DNA of 63,264 bases from Podarcis vaucheri (Eukaryota), in the NCBI GenBank assembly GCA_965113315.1, contig OZ220371.1. One strand, written 5' to 3'. Within the stretch, counting starts at the first letter, position 1. Each line of letters starts with the position of its first letter. The notes under the pieces were generated by a model. The model was not told the DNA's origin, searched no databases, and saw only the letters and a list, made by a program, of their open reading frames with translations. Positions 47,516-60,689 of the stretch are shown in pieces. The translations under genes were made by a program, and so were the position numbers.

Positions 47516-49683
47516 ATATATCTATAAATTCACAGAGAGGCTAAAAATGGAATCCATGTTCCACCTCAGAGTTTCCTGCCCTCTCAAATGCCTCAGACTT
47601 TTCTCCTTTGCTGCTCAGATCCCTTGACCTAGGGATGCACGAGAAATTTGTTTCAGGTAACCTTCCTAGTTCATACTTCCCAAAATGATGTAGATCAAAA
47701 CACAGCTATCCTTCACACTTCCTGTAAGATTTCTGTTTTGGAAAAGTACAACAGATGAAAGTTTAAGGAAGGCTGAAAAAGACAGAGAGAGCTAGCTTTT
47801 GCGCTCTGAAGGTCAGCTTTCCCCAACTTTGTGCCCTCCAAGTATTCTGGAATACAAATCTCATAATTCATTACCATTGTCCATGCCAGCTGTGGCTGAT
47901 CTGAGTTGTAATCCAAGTACATCTGGAGAGGACTAGGTGGAGAAGGTTAGGGAGCTGTAGCTTAACAGTGTTTGGGAGTGCTGATTGCCTCCCTGGAGAT
48001 CTGATGTGGAAGCAGTAGTCTTTGGCTGTCGTTTGGAGTGTTCAAGCTGCGGCTCTGTCTATGCTCAACTGGTATATTTGTAAATAAAGGCAAATATTTC
48101 ATAACACCAAGAAGCCTTCTGTCACCTCCTTCCAGAGGTAAGCCAATCAGGGTAAACACTGCACCTCTGGAACTTTTCACTGTTTGGAAAAGCAGGGCAA
48201 GCTTAACAATGCCTTTTCTACTGATGTGGAGCTACCATAGTTGGATTTAGCACCAAGATTTCCATAGATCCCTGTTCTGCATTAAAAAAACAAAGCAAAC
48301 ACATTAGCTGGACATGAAAAACTGCCTTTCTCACACAATTCAGGGACAGCAGTTCTGGATCTGAGTTAAATGTATGCTGCAAATGACAAATTAGGAACAT
48401 CATTATACCACCAAATGGATACAAGTAAGCTTAAATGTCCCCGTTTAATTCATTTCTGTTCATATTATCCATACCCCAACTCAAAATCATTGCCTGTACA
48501 AAATATAGCAATTAAAACAAGTTATTATGAATTGGGTCAACTTGAGTTTGCTGGCAGAACTGTCTGAAGATTGAAATGAAAGTTCCCGTACAAGAGAAAT
48601 TCCTGGTAGAAGAAATTTCTCATAAACATCACCCACAATTTTAGTCATAATTCCCAGATTGCTGCTTAAAATAACAGCGTTGGGTTTGTGGAATCATTTT
48701 CTTTTTCTCAAGGAAGCAGGAAGAAAACTCACAGCAAGTTCTATTTTAAGCAGCTTCCCTGCTCAGGACAGATTGCCCCCTGCTTCCTCTGAGTAGCAAA
48801 AGGGAGGGTAGCCTTGCCAGGATGACAAGGATATCAAACTATCAGCGGCACATGAAACATTTTCACAGCCGGGAGCCATCTGGAATGTGTCCACTGCTAC
48901 TGCAAGTTGTCTCTTAATTGCAGCTGTATGAGGACCAAAACACAATGTTTCTCCTAATGCAAACTCAGTTGAACCAGGCACATTTTCCACCACTCTAACC
49001 AAACAGGGCTTGATTTTTATCAGGGGCTGTCCAGATAGTACAAACTCTTCTTGTGTGCTGGGGACCTATACACTAGGAAGCTACAAATACTGGCTGTTGC
49101 CCAGGCAGGCGCATTATGTGACCCACGTGAGCAGCACATAACCAGACTGTACAATGGTGATGGGATAAAATCAGGCCAAATCTTTATTGACAGCAGCAGG
49201 CAGCAGAAAGGTTAGCATGGCAATGGGGAAGGATCAGTTCATCATTTCACAAGCCCCATGTTGATGGAATGGGTCTGCTGGGTTTGAACCACCCCAGACT
49301 TGTTCCATGGGAGTTGGTCAGTGTTGAACCTTACCATGGTGCATGCTAAGCAAGCAAGGTCTCACTGGGCAACCAGGGTGCAGATTCCAACCAGGCAGAT
49401 ATCCCAACCCGAGCTTAGGGGGTGCTGTGGTCAATCCTACCCTCAGACCCCTTATGGTCCCTTACTATACTTTGTTGTTCCAACCCAATTCCATTTCCAC
49501 CCTCAACAAACAACGTTCTTTACCCTAACAAAGGAAGGCCATAATTTTACTGTGGGAAAGGGGGGGGAACCAAGTGCCAATCAGGTTGAGAGACAAAAAA
49601 AATCCTTTTTGGTCCTGCCAACCAGAGACCCAAAATTGCTCAGTGAAGGCCCTAACCTGAGAGTGGGCAGGTGGGAAGCTCTT

Positions 49684-50121
49684 GAGAGCCAGTGTGGTGT
49701 AGTGGTTAAGAGTGGTAGACTGGTAATCTGGGGAACCGCGTCTCCGCTCCTCCATGTGCAGCTGCTGGGTGACCTTGGGCCAGTCACACTTCTTTGAAGT
49801 CTCTCAGCCCCACTCACCTCACAGAGTGTTTCTTGTGGGGGAGGAAGGGAAATGGAGATTGTTAGCCGCTTTGAGACTCCTTCGGGTAGCAGTGGCGGAG
49901 CGTGGGTTGTCAGCACCCGGGGCAAGTAAAGTAATTTGCGCCCCCTAACCTGTGGATTTGCGCCCCCTTACCCCCAGATGTTGCGCCCGGTGTGGCCGGC
50001 CCCCCCTGCACCCCCCACGCTACGCCACTGTCGGGTAGTGATAAAGCGGGATATCAAATCCAAACTCCTCCTCCTCCTCCTCTTCTTCTTCTTCTTCTTC
50101 TTCTTCTTCTTCTTCTTCTTC
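49684..50121 (+). mobile_element. tRNA-derived SINE (Squam3-like) with (CTT)n tail
   Basis: GAGAGCCAGTGTGGTGTAGTGGTTAAGAG A-box head, CORE-like GTGACCTTGGGCCAGTCAC, tail at 50066-50121. Confidence 0.85.
49890..50030. mobile_element. Young hAT MITE inside the SINE
   Basis: TIR CAGTGGCGGAGCGTGGG / CCCACGCTACGCCACTG, perfect 8-bp TSD TCGGGTAG. Confidence 0.95.
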
Positions 50122-50401
50122 AACCAAAATGGCCCTGAGCTCTAGGGGAAGCAACCTTATATAGGCTTCCCCCTACCCTTTTCATGGGCTCATGGGACAG
50201 CTTTTTCCCATGAGCCCATCACATGGTCAAGATACTGGGGGAAAAGTCCCATGTGTTTATTGGCTGGAGAACAAAGCTTATAATGGATTGAATATGTGAC
50301 CCCTAAGCACTCTAGTTGAAATTCCACTTGATGATGCTGTGGGGATGAACACATTCACGTGCGTAACAATATTGTTTTTGTTTCTATTTTTATGTGGGTG
50401 A

Positions 50402-50616
50402 CAGTGCAATTCTTCCTTCTTGAACATTTTGGCTCCCGAACGCTGCAAACCCAGAAGTGACTGTTCCAGTTTGTGAACTCTTATTGGAAGCTGAATGTCC
50501 GACAGGGCTTCTGCAGCTTCCTGCAGCCAATCAGAAGCCGCACTTTGGTTTCTGAACGTTTTGGAAGTCAATCGGACTTCCGGAACGAATTCTGTTCGAC
50601 TTTCGAGGCACAACTG
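50402..50616. mobile_element. Degenerate Tigger-like MITE related to 17623-17864
   Basis: Shared CCAATCAGAAGCC..GGAAGTCAA..GGACTTCCG core, ends CAACTG-TA. Confidence 0.7.
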
Positions 50617-51376
50617 TAATTGTTTTCTATGGGCCATTAGTTCTAGCTTTGTGTTTGGCAGCTAGCCACACTGGCAATGTCTCGCCTCCGCTGTCAAAGG
50701 CAGCACACCTATGAATGCTTGTTGCTAGCAATCACAAGTGCTTAGGTCCTGTTTTCAGTTTTTTCCTTGGTGTCTGCTGGCCACTGTGAAAACCAGATGG
50801 GCTGAAATAGATGGGCCTTTTGTCTGATCCAGGAGACTTTTCTTGTGCTCTGTTAGGGCATGTATTTGCTTTATGTAATCTTGGAACAAGGATAAATGTT
50901 AAATATCCCAGCCCTAAAACTAGGTCTTTTGGTTACAACTTGACAAGTAGGATTCTAAAAGAGAATCTGGGTCATGTAGATACCAGACTTAACGAAGCCC
51001 CTTCTTTGACATTAAAATTCCTGCTGCTTTAGCATCTGGTTGAACAATCAAAGAACAATACTTGGCATTATATTGCTTCCTGGGACAAATTTTATATGCC
51101 ACATTGCTCTCATAATTTTGACACACTTTAATTTGATGGTGTCACAGGGGATGGACAGCTGGATTTATCTTATCATGTTCAGTCTAGTGGCAGTAAATGC
51201 CCCTAAAAAGAAAATATAAACAATACAAAGGGAACCTGAAGCTGGATTTATCTGCCATTCTGTTCCATGCTCATTAGCTTTGGTTTCATGTTCTAACTTA
51301 CGTGACAGATGGATTCTAATATTGCAGGTTCCCAGAGCAAATTTTGGAGACAAATGTCACGAAACAACAACCTGTA

Positions 51377-51804
51377 TAGAGACAGGAGGAGAAATCTGGT
51401 TCACCGTTAAAGGCAAACTTACTTAACTTGCACTTCCTGAAACAATTGAAACAAACACAGCCATTCTTAAAAATTCACAGTTTTCTGAATATTGCAATGC
51501 AAATCTCCAGCCATGTAGTCTTTACAAGATTGCATTTACTAGGGTAAAAATGTGTAATAAATTGCATATAGTTCTGAAAATAACATGAAAAATTGCAAAC
51601 AAGTGTATAGTAGGGGGGGAATTTATCTGAAATGCTGGTGAATTATTCAATGACTTAATCTCTACACACACAACGACAACGACAACAACACACAACAACA
51701 CATACCACACATATACCCCAAACTGATTTGGAAATATGCAAAACAGAAGATTGGAAAAATGAGAAACTGAGAGAAAACCAAATTGGCTGATTCATCCATT
51801 CTTA
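51377..51804. mobile_element. Non-autonomous hAT (Ac-like) element, family of 13918
   Basis: Collinear similarity including AAAATGAGAAACTGAGAGAAA; decayed termini. Confidence 0.65.
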
Positions 51805-51861
51805 CTTCTGTGGTAAATAAACTCATCCCAAGGGAATATGCAAGAACATTATTCATTCCCA

Positions 51862-52507
51862 GGTGGACCTGCCCTGCCAGACCTTTAAATTTCGTTGTGA
51901 ACCATCTGCTTTTTGCTGGTTGAGAGAATGGCTGCTTCTTGAAAACACTGAAGTGTTGGACAATGGCAGATGAAGTTGATGGACTATATGGAATTGGCGG
52001 AAATGACTGGCAAGATCCGAGACCAGGGAGAAGAGTCGGTGGAAGAAGATTGGAAAAAGTTTAAAGACTATTTATAGAAATATTGTAAAATTAAGGAATG
52101 TTAGAAAAATGTTGGAATGAAGTTATATGGCTTTAGTAGAAATGTCATAAGGAATTAAGTATAAATAGATTAATAGAAAATTAAAGGAAAAATAAGGCAA
52201 GAATGTGTTAAGATAATTATAGGATAGAAAACAGAGTAAGATGGAAAGGAATTGCTGAAACAATTAATAGAAGTGGAATACAAAAAGGGAGGTGTGAGGA
52301 GGTCGCTGGAAATAAGTGAATGAAATATAAGATATTGAAAATGTTTGAGGTGTTTTTAAATTGTTTTTGTTGGTTTTTGCTTTGTTTTGTTAGTCCATGT
52401 AGCGTTTTTGTATTGCATTTGTATTGTTTTTCTCTTTTCTTTTTTGTTTGTAGTGTTGTGTTGAAAATGTTGAAAAAGTAATAAATATCTTTTTTTTAAA
52501 AAAAAGA
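51862..52507 (+). mobile_element. L1-clade LINE 3' copy with an internal deletion
   Basis: 20-bp TSD AAGAACATTATTCATTCCCA (51842-51861, 52508-52527); ORF2 end WQMKLMDYMELAEMTGKIR..WKKFKDYL; 3' UTR, AATAAA and A tail. Confidence 0.88.
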
Positions 52508-52586
52508 AAGAACATTATTCATTCCCATGTGTGGCAGGAGATTCAGATACAGCATGTAAGTGCAAAAAAATCCAATTGTGCATTGC

Positions 52587-52589
52587 TTT

Positions 52590-52629
<40 letters not shown>

Positions 52630-52630
52630 T
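52587..52630 (+). repeat. (TTTC)n microsatellite
   Basis: Read directly. Confidence 0.95.
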
Positions 52631-53035
52631 GGAGCTCATGAAAGCTTCAGCATACTCTTGTGCTTACCATCTGCAAGTCAATAATTATTTGTCAATAATT
52701 CATATTTTAGAATAGAGCTTGTGTTAAGCAGGGATTATAGGATTACATAAGGCAGCCTTCTTAAGGCAGGTCAGAGGGTTCAGCATCAGAATAGAATTTA
52801 ATTAGCACTTCCTGAAGAACTTTCTCTTGGAATGAGTGGCTGTTGTGTTTTTCCCCCTTGAGGGATAGGCAAAGTGTTTGCTGGGGACATGTAAGTTTAT
52901 CATGAGAACAAAAGTATGAAAGCAATAATTTTTAAATTCCTAAATCCACAGTAGCGCAGCCAAACAAAACAGTGAACAAGCTTTTAAATTCCACAGACCT
53001 CTTTACTAGGCTGGATGCTAAGGAAAACGGATAGG

Positions 53036-53651
53036 TAGAAATGGGTGAGTAATTTGATTCAGTTTACAGTTGAAGGTGAAGCTACCTAATTCACACTTTC
53101 TGAAACAATAAGCAAAACAAACTCAGCCATGCTTTAATAATAATATAATAATAGTAATTTTTATTTATACCCTGCCCTCCCCAGCCAAGGCCAGGCTCAG
53201 GGCGGTTAACAAGCAATAATAAAAACAAGTCGAATGAATACAACTTAAAAACAAGATTATGCTTTGACACACATACATATCTGAAATTTGCAATGCAGTT
53301 CTCTAGCCAAGTAATGCATACAAAATAGCATATACTATACTATACTATACTATACTATACTATACTATACTATACTATACTATACTATATATATAAATGT
53401 ATATAGTAGTGAAAATTAGATACCAAATGCATTCTATATGGGGAAATTGATTTGCAAAAATGTGTATATTAGAGAAAATTGCATATAAACACATCTATTG
53501 TAGGAGGAATCTGCACAAGCAAGCTGACAAAGGGTTGTGAAAACTTGGAATTTTTTTTTAAGAATGGCTGTGGAAATGTGAAGAACAGAACTTATCATTG
53601 GGAAAATGAGGAACTCAGAGAAACTGAAATTAACAGAATGAGCCATCCCTA
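53036..53651. mobile_element. Non-autonomous hAT (Ac-like) element containing a LINE-tail insertion and (CTATA)n
   Basis: Ends in CCATCCCTA and is collinear with 13918-14346; insertion at 53136-53258 has TSD ATGCTTT; pentamer repeat at about 53332-53388. Confidence 0.7.
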
Positions 53652-54900
53652 ATACTAGTTGGGAGAGATAGAGGAGACAGGGGGAAGCTGGTTTAGTGTT
53701 AAAGCCATTGGTCTCAGTGCTGAAAGGGATTAATCTCTCCTAGATGCTGCACAGGTTTAGAGGCAGCCTTAAAATATGTTAGCTGAGAAGACAAAGTGGA
53801 GTTAGGCTACATTCATACCATACATTGCAAGCACATGGCTTTGCCCAAAGAATCATGGGAACTGTAGTTTACCCCTGACAAAACTACAATTCCTAGAAAT
53901 CTTAAACCATAGTTCTTGGCATTCTCTGGTGGAGCTATGTTCTATAAATGTGTGGTGTGGAAGTAGCCCTGGCGCACACGCATTTGTTGCTTTTCTCTGG
54001 GAAAATTGAATGCTGCAAAAGGTTTTCTTAAAAAATAAATAAATTAGGTGCAAGTTCCAGATCTTTATTCGGTGCTACAAATGAGGCCATTTAGCTTGAC
54101 ACAGCACTGCCCGATCTTCTAGTGTTCCTGGGCAGATCTACACAGTGCTGTCCTCTATCTCCACACATAAACTGGACTGTGCAAGCTCTTATTGCCTGAA
54201 TATATTTACAGTCTTCGTTCCATGATGTTTCAATCCCCATCTGCTACAGTTGAAAAGAGAACAAAGTGTGGGTTAATTTCCTACAGCTGGTTGCTTGCAC
54301 CTTTCCCTGAGCTAATTAGCATTGGCCCAAGGGACAGAGAAAAAAGGTGTCTCCAAGGCAAATATCTAAACTCCCTTCTGACATGCCAGATGCACAGGAA
54401 AATGATGCAGTCTAGGAATCCAGAGCACATGAGAAAATATGGTTGCATTTATTCTTATACTAACCTAGTTGCAAGGACAATAATATAAATCATTGCAACC
54501 TTCTCCTAATCCAGTTATTGGTTCAGTCTTATTCTGGTGGGTTAGACCTTTAGGCTGCATCGACACCTACATTCAAGTCATGTTTCCCCCCAAAGAATCC
54601 TGGGAAGTATAATTCACCCTTCACAGAGGTACCATTCCCACCATCCTTAACAAACTACAGTTTCCAGGATTCATGTGGGTGCTTTAAATATATGGTGCTT
54701 GACCCAGCAAGGCACAAAGGTCATGTGGCCACAGTCCTCCCTACTGTGGAGAGACGTATTTTATTTCTCTTCAAATTATAGTAATTATGTCTAAATTTGC
54801 ATCCACCTATAAATTAGTACATGCACAAATCTGTGTCCTCTATTGTCTTCTTCTTTTTGGTTGATGCCTTTCCGCTTTCCTTTTTTCCTCTGGCAATGCA

Positions 54901-55500
54901 TAAAGGACCCCTGGACTGTTAAGTCCAGTCAAAGGCAACTATGGGATTGCAGCGCTCATCTCACTTTCAGGCTGGTGGAGCTGGCGTTTGTCCACAGACA
55001 GCCTTCCAAGTCATGTGGCCAGCATGACTGTTTCTGGCACAATGGGACACCGTGATGGAAACCAGAGTGCACGGAAATGCCATTTAAATTCCCACCGCAG
55101 TGATACCTGTTTATCTACTTGCACTGGCATGCTTTCAAACTGCTAGGTTCCCTGTTGAACACCCTCCCATCAGATGTCAAAGGAATAAACCACTATCTGA
55201 TGTTTAGAAGACATCTGAAGGCAGCCCTGTTTAGGGAAGTTTTTAAATGACTTATGTTTTAATGTATTTTTAATCTCCTGTTGGAAGCCGCCCAGAGTGG
55301 CTGGGAAGACCCATCCAGATGGGCGGGGTATAAGTAATAAATTATTATTATGATTATTATGATTATTATGATTATTATGATTATGTTGGCAGGAGCTGTG
55401 ACAGAGCAACGGGAGCTCACCCCGTCATGGGAATTCAAACCGCCGACCTTCTGATCGGCAAGCCCACGAGGCTCAGTGATTTAGACCACAGCGCCACCCA
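54901..55500 (-). mobile_element. Sauria SINE split by a LINE tail
   Basis: SINE breaks at CTAGGTT (55149) and resumes at GTTGGCAGG (55385). Confidence 0.88.
55150..55384 (+). mobile_element. L2-type LINE 3' end with (TTA/TGA)n tail
   Basis: GAAGCCGCCCAGAGTGGCTGGG..CCAGATGGGCGGGGTATAA stem-loop-type end plus microsatellite tail. Confidence 0.75.
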
Positions 55501-58500
55501 CATTGCATATGTAGCCACCCAAAAACACTCAAACTCCAGGACCCAACCTTGAGCGCACCCATGGACAACAGGTTCCCAGTGCACACAATGATCAGCCTTC
55601 TAGTGTTTTCCTTTTGTTTTCCTTTCATAATGGCTGCAGAGAAGTTCAAATGGCCCCAGGTGAGCTTGCATCCCACTGCAGAGCAAGGTGATGGATCAAT
55701 TGCAGGTGCCAACAAAGACGCCAGCCTCAGCATTCCACAAAATGGGAATTGCTGCTACGTTGAGTCTTCCTTCCTTTATTTAACTCCCCTTCAAAATCAC
55801 TCTAGTAGGAGTGAACTGAGCTATTGAAGCCTGTGGAGGATTCTTTCTTTCTCTTGTACTCAACAGTTCTCCTCCCTAATTCAGTCAGGCACTGACCTAA
55901 AGCCACAGCATAGCTTTCTATCTGCTTCTCAGCACAGATCATTTTAATCCCATGTATAACTAACTGAATAGATAGACCTTAATGGCTCCTAGGGAACCAT
56001 TATAGTTCATGCTGTCATGTCTGGTTGATGTACATGTGAACAGTGCCTTTGCTAAAAGACCTGATGCATTCAGTTCCTAATGCACTATAGCAGCCAGCCT
56101 TTTCACTCAAGTCGCAGGCTGCCTATGAATGCCATGTTTTCTGGCCACCTACTTTTGTAGATGCTCTCACATATTCCTGGCCAGTTTTGGTGTGAGTGTG
56201 TGTGCTCGGAAAGGTTGGTTTTTGACAATGATTCCAAAACAGCTGCATTGGGAACTCAGAAACAGCCTGATCCTATGTGGAATTAGGCAGACTTACACTT
56301 TTTGAAATAAATGGGCTTATGTATGTTGATGCTACTGAAAACTGATCAGGGAGGCTAAACTATACTACTGATATGTATATATGCATATATTTTTTTTCCT
56401 GTAATAAAGAACATTATAAGGCCCAAACAACAGTGATAATGTTCAGTATCTCAGTATCTCTTCTCTAACTTCGATCTGATACAATATTTAACTTTCAATG
56501 CAGTTGAGGTTCTTGTTATTATTGTATTATTGTTGTTGGTTTTTTAAAAAAAAAATAAAATATTAAAACATTAACTACCACAAGAGATATGCAGTCTGGC
56601 AAAAAAAGAGAGAAAAAGATAAGGTCTTAATCTCCTTCAGCCCCCAAACTACTACTTCATTTAATATTTTTAAAATGACAATATGGAAGGAGAATAGCCA
56701 CACCTCCACTGAGAGTTCCACAACTGGGGTGCCACAGCAGAGAAGGCCCTGCCCTGTGTCCCCTCAAAATGAGTCTCAGGTGTTGATAGGATCACAAGCA
56801 GATCTTATGACTCTGACCAGCAAGCAATGGGAGGTGTGCTTCTTTAGGTACAGGTAACTGGGCCTTTAGCAACAACTGTTGTAAACACACTGATACATTC
56901 TTGGGTGAAGAGCACTTTTCCAATGACTTTTCATTGCTAACCAGTTTGGTAAATCCTGGGATAGATGATTTTAGGACCTCACTTGTGCATTCTGTCAATG
57001 CTGGACTGGACAGGTACAAATATCCACTGCTCCCAAGGTCAGGGAGAAAAAAGTAGTCTCCTATAAATTACTCAAGGTGATGGAGTTCACCCAGGGTTGA
57101 AAGGAGGGATATTTCCCTCTTATGGTTAGTCTGGCAGCCTGTATTTTTATATATAAGCTGATCAGCTGAAGTGCTTAATCATTTCAGGATAATGGGCTGG
57201 AGAATATAACCTTTAATCATTATTTTGTTTCTCAAATCTGAGTGCATGTGCATTGGCCCAATCTATGCAAAGACCTCTTCACATAGACATATTTCTCTAT
57301 TCCATACCAAAGTGGCGGGCAAGTAACTGGTGGGAGTTCTATTCTCTGAAAATATGAAACTATGATATGAAACCATGCGAGATTGTGGTTAATATTCTGT
57401 AAGGAATGTGATTACTGTTTTAGCCTGACAAAACAAATAGTGTGCAAATCTCGGCTGAATTCTCACCAAAAGTGTGTTTTCTTTCCTTTTCTGAAAGGAA
57501 GGCATTTATCATACCTGTATTGGATACAAATGCACAAAAGGGCATCCCTTGCCAATCAGACATTGAAACCAGTTTTTATAGGCTTCCACATCTATTATTT
57601 TGTTCCCAGGAGCTGCAATGAAACAGATAACACTGTAAAGCTAATGATTTTTAAAGAATAATTTGCAGCAGATGTTTGCTCTCTCCAGTGCACACAAGAG
57701 CCCCACGTAAATGTGCAATATCTCCTCTGACTTGCAACATTCTCTGCAGGTTGCGGTATAATTTTGTCTAATTGGAAAGAATGTGTGATCATTTGAATTT
57801 TATTCTGTGGGATAGAAGTGCTATGATCCGTGGAGGTTCGTGAGGCAAAGAAGCCAATTCCTTTCCTGAACCCACATGCTCCCAGTGGCACTTACCTTCA
57901 AATATTTCCCCTCTCCCTTTTATACAAGAACCTCAGGGGTGTTCAGCATTTTAAGAGCACACCTAAAAGGCAGAGGTATATTTATGGTGTCTGCCACCAC
58001 CAGGCAGAATTTTTTTTTTAGTCCATAGAGAAACTATTTAGCCTTGCTTGAAGTATTAACTGACATTCAGACACCAGGGAGGCTCAGGAACACATATCCC
58101 AAGACATGCACTCTGTTATCCTCTTCCAGAAGCTGCTTTGCCTCCCCTTACCCAGGAAGGCAGGATGTGGAAGCGTTATCTGAAGACAGAGTGTAGTAGG
58201 GTCCCCATAAAATTAGCAGGTGAAGGTGGCCCCTGCCTGGTTGAGTCTGCATTACCTGAGAGTAAGCCTCGTTGAATATGGTGGGGCAGACTTTTGCATT
58301 AATGTCAGCGACTGGGCAGAGGAGGAATGGTGGAGACTGCATCCCCAGCCTGACCATCCCAGAGAATAAGAAGACAGTTCAGAATTACAGCAGGGCTTTG
58401 AGGGAGGTCACAGCTCAGAGGCAGAGGAGGGGGGAAACTGGGAAATAATGGGAGAGGAGGAAGAAGAAGTACAGGGGAATGACAGCTGATGGACTCAGTG

Positions 58501-59481
58501 TCTTTAGAGAGCATTGCAGAACCTCTTCCAGAACCTGGCAAGCCTTGAAAGTAGTAGAGCAAAGGACTCAGAAGCAAAAGGCCCTCAGCACCACCTGCAG
58601 GGGAGAAGGTGATGAATGAGGAAGTGGGAAGAAAAGGGGATGGAAAGTCACCATTATTCCAAGAGGCTGCATTCCTAGCCTCTCTCTGTAAATACTGAAT
58701 AAAAAAGCAGATGGTAAGGACTTTTCCTTGTCTTATCCATTCCTGGCAACCTGCCATGGAGGTTGGTTCCTCCGCCACCTGACAAATAACATGCATAGGA
58801 CTGGCCAATGAAGGGGAAGTTTCAGGAGCAGTGACAGGTGGGGAGTGGGAAGGAAAAAGCAAACAAGAAGTAAATGATTCTCATTCCCAGGGACCCCATG
58901 CTAGAGGCTAGCATTCCCTCTCACTAGCCAGTGGGTGCAGGGAAAATTGGACAGTCCTATACATACCATAATCCCTCACCAACCCACCCTAAACCACTCA
59001 GGACAGTTCATCCCATCCTGCTCAATTTTATACCTGTTTCTTCTACCCCAACTCCAAGCAGGAGAAGTAAGAAGAGGAAGAGGAAGAAGACAACCAATCC
59101 TTTGTTAGAATTATTGAGCAAAGTCAGATAAAAGACTGGTGGTACCTTATATTTTATCAACTGACTGATGGCCACAGTCAAAATGAAGGTATGCTTCTAT
59201 CAAAGGCAATGGAACAAAAAAGGAGCTTTAATTTGACTGGCTAACATTAGAGCATTTTCACAAGTGATGCTTAACTATGGCCATTTAGAAATCACAGAAG
59301 CTGACCACGTTGAAGTCTTTGCTACCTGGCTGGTTGGCATCTGTCTGTCTCAAGAGACAATGGAGTGTGCCTCCAGGGGTGAAGTCTGGCACAGCATAGT
59401 GTTTGGCACCAGCTTCCCAAAAGGAGGTGTACAAGGCACTACCCAACCATTTTAGGCAGTCAAATCCAGATTTGTGTAGGG

Positions 59482-59666
59482 CAGGGATCGTCAACCTTTT
59501 TATACCTACCGACCACTAATCATCTTTCTTGATGATAAAATTTCCTTATCGCCCACCAGTGCTTGATTGAAGAAGGATTCATCTTGTGCCATAGAACCCC
59601 CTACTGCTCACCTGGAATCCTGAAACGCCCACTAGTGGGTGGTAGGGACCAGGTTAACAACCTCTG
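59482..59666. mobile_element. hAT MITE
   Basis: TIR CAGGGATCGTCAACCT / AGGTTAACAACCTCTG, perfect 8-bp TSD GTGTAGGG. Confidence 0.9.
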
Positions 59667-59858
59667 GTGTAGGGTTTACTCCTTAGCCTTTTCTTCTTCT
59701 GAAGATATCACACAAGGCAGTGGAGGTTTAGAATCAGAGTTGATGAGTCCCATCTGCCCCTCACTTCCTTCTATAGCATGTGCAGAAACCAACTTCTTGA
59801 CCACTGGAAGCACTATTGGTCTCATCCGCATAATCCACCACCTGTGTCTTGGCCAGGA

Positions 59859-60204
59859 GTCACAGTATTCGGCAAAATTCCAATGTTGTCCGATTAACTC
59901 AAAAACGATGCCAAACACCTGCAAATTGCCCCCTGCAACATTTGGCGGTATAAACGCCGCATTTCCAGGTAGGCCAAAAAATGAACCATTGGAGCCCTGA
60001 CCCGTGTGTCATGGTATTCGCCAAAATTATGACATCCGATTCACTTGAAAATGGCACCCAACACCTGCAAATTGCCTCCTGCAATGTTTTGCAGTGCAAA
60101 AGCTGCATTTCCAGGTAGGCCTCCAAATCAGCCCTCAGTGCCCTGACCCACGGGTCACAATTTTCGTCCGATTCATTTGAAAACTGTGTGAAACACCTGC
60201 AAAT
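59859..60204. repeat. Diverged ~146-bp tandem repeat (about 2.4 units)
   Basis: ACACCTGCAAAT recurs at 59915, 60061 and 60193; GCATTTCCAGGTAGGCC occurs twice; TCCGATT three times. Confidence 0.85.
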
Positions 60205-60689
60205 AAAAAACATGTTGTGCAGCTTTCAACTAGACTGAATTCACTACCATGCAATGTGAAATAAAGTGCAAGTGTCTTTAGTGACCATTTAAATGCATAT
60301 GTTTATTTGGGCTTATTTTGCTATGTGTACTTTAAAACAAATGGAAAGTTATTTTCATCTCAAAAAGCAGGTTGATTGAAACTCATTTCAGCTAGAAGTT
60401 CTATGTGCAAGAACCAAAGAGCAGGACAATGCTAATATTCAGCCCTCTATGTTCCCCCAAAGTAGTTATTTTATGTTATTATCTGAAGGTGAAATATTTG
60501 CAAGCTATGTTAGCTAAACACACAAGCATAGAAGACAAATGTAAGATTTTAAAAACTGTACAACAATGTGTTCTTCAGTGATAAACAAAAATAGGGAAGG
60601 AATTATTTTCAGATAAGTAATTTTGGGAGAGATTCATTGGCCACTTAAAATTTTCTATCCTCCCTAAAATTGCAGATTCATTTGCTAGA

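Larger units (their letters stand above)
49095..50270 (-). mobile_element. Solo-LTR-like element interrupted by a SINE and a MITE
   Basis: On minus: CCAAT (~50260), TATATAA (~50157-50163), AATAAA (~49183), end CCTGGGCAACA; homologous to 11416-12038. Right boundary approximate. Confidence 0.6.

Noticed and set aside
49684-49760. tRNA gene
   Set aside because: tRNA-derived SINE head with a damaged B-box region; the same applies to the Sauria SINE heads.
57896-57962. Minus-strand segment with good splice acceptor and donor
   Set aside because: 67 nt with stops in all three frames and no other support.
58305-58862. 185-aa minus-strand ORF
   Set aside because: Low-complexity Pro/Leu/Ser translation of purine-skewed DNA with no domain.
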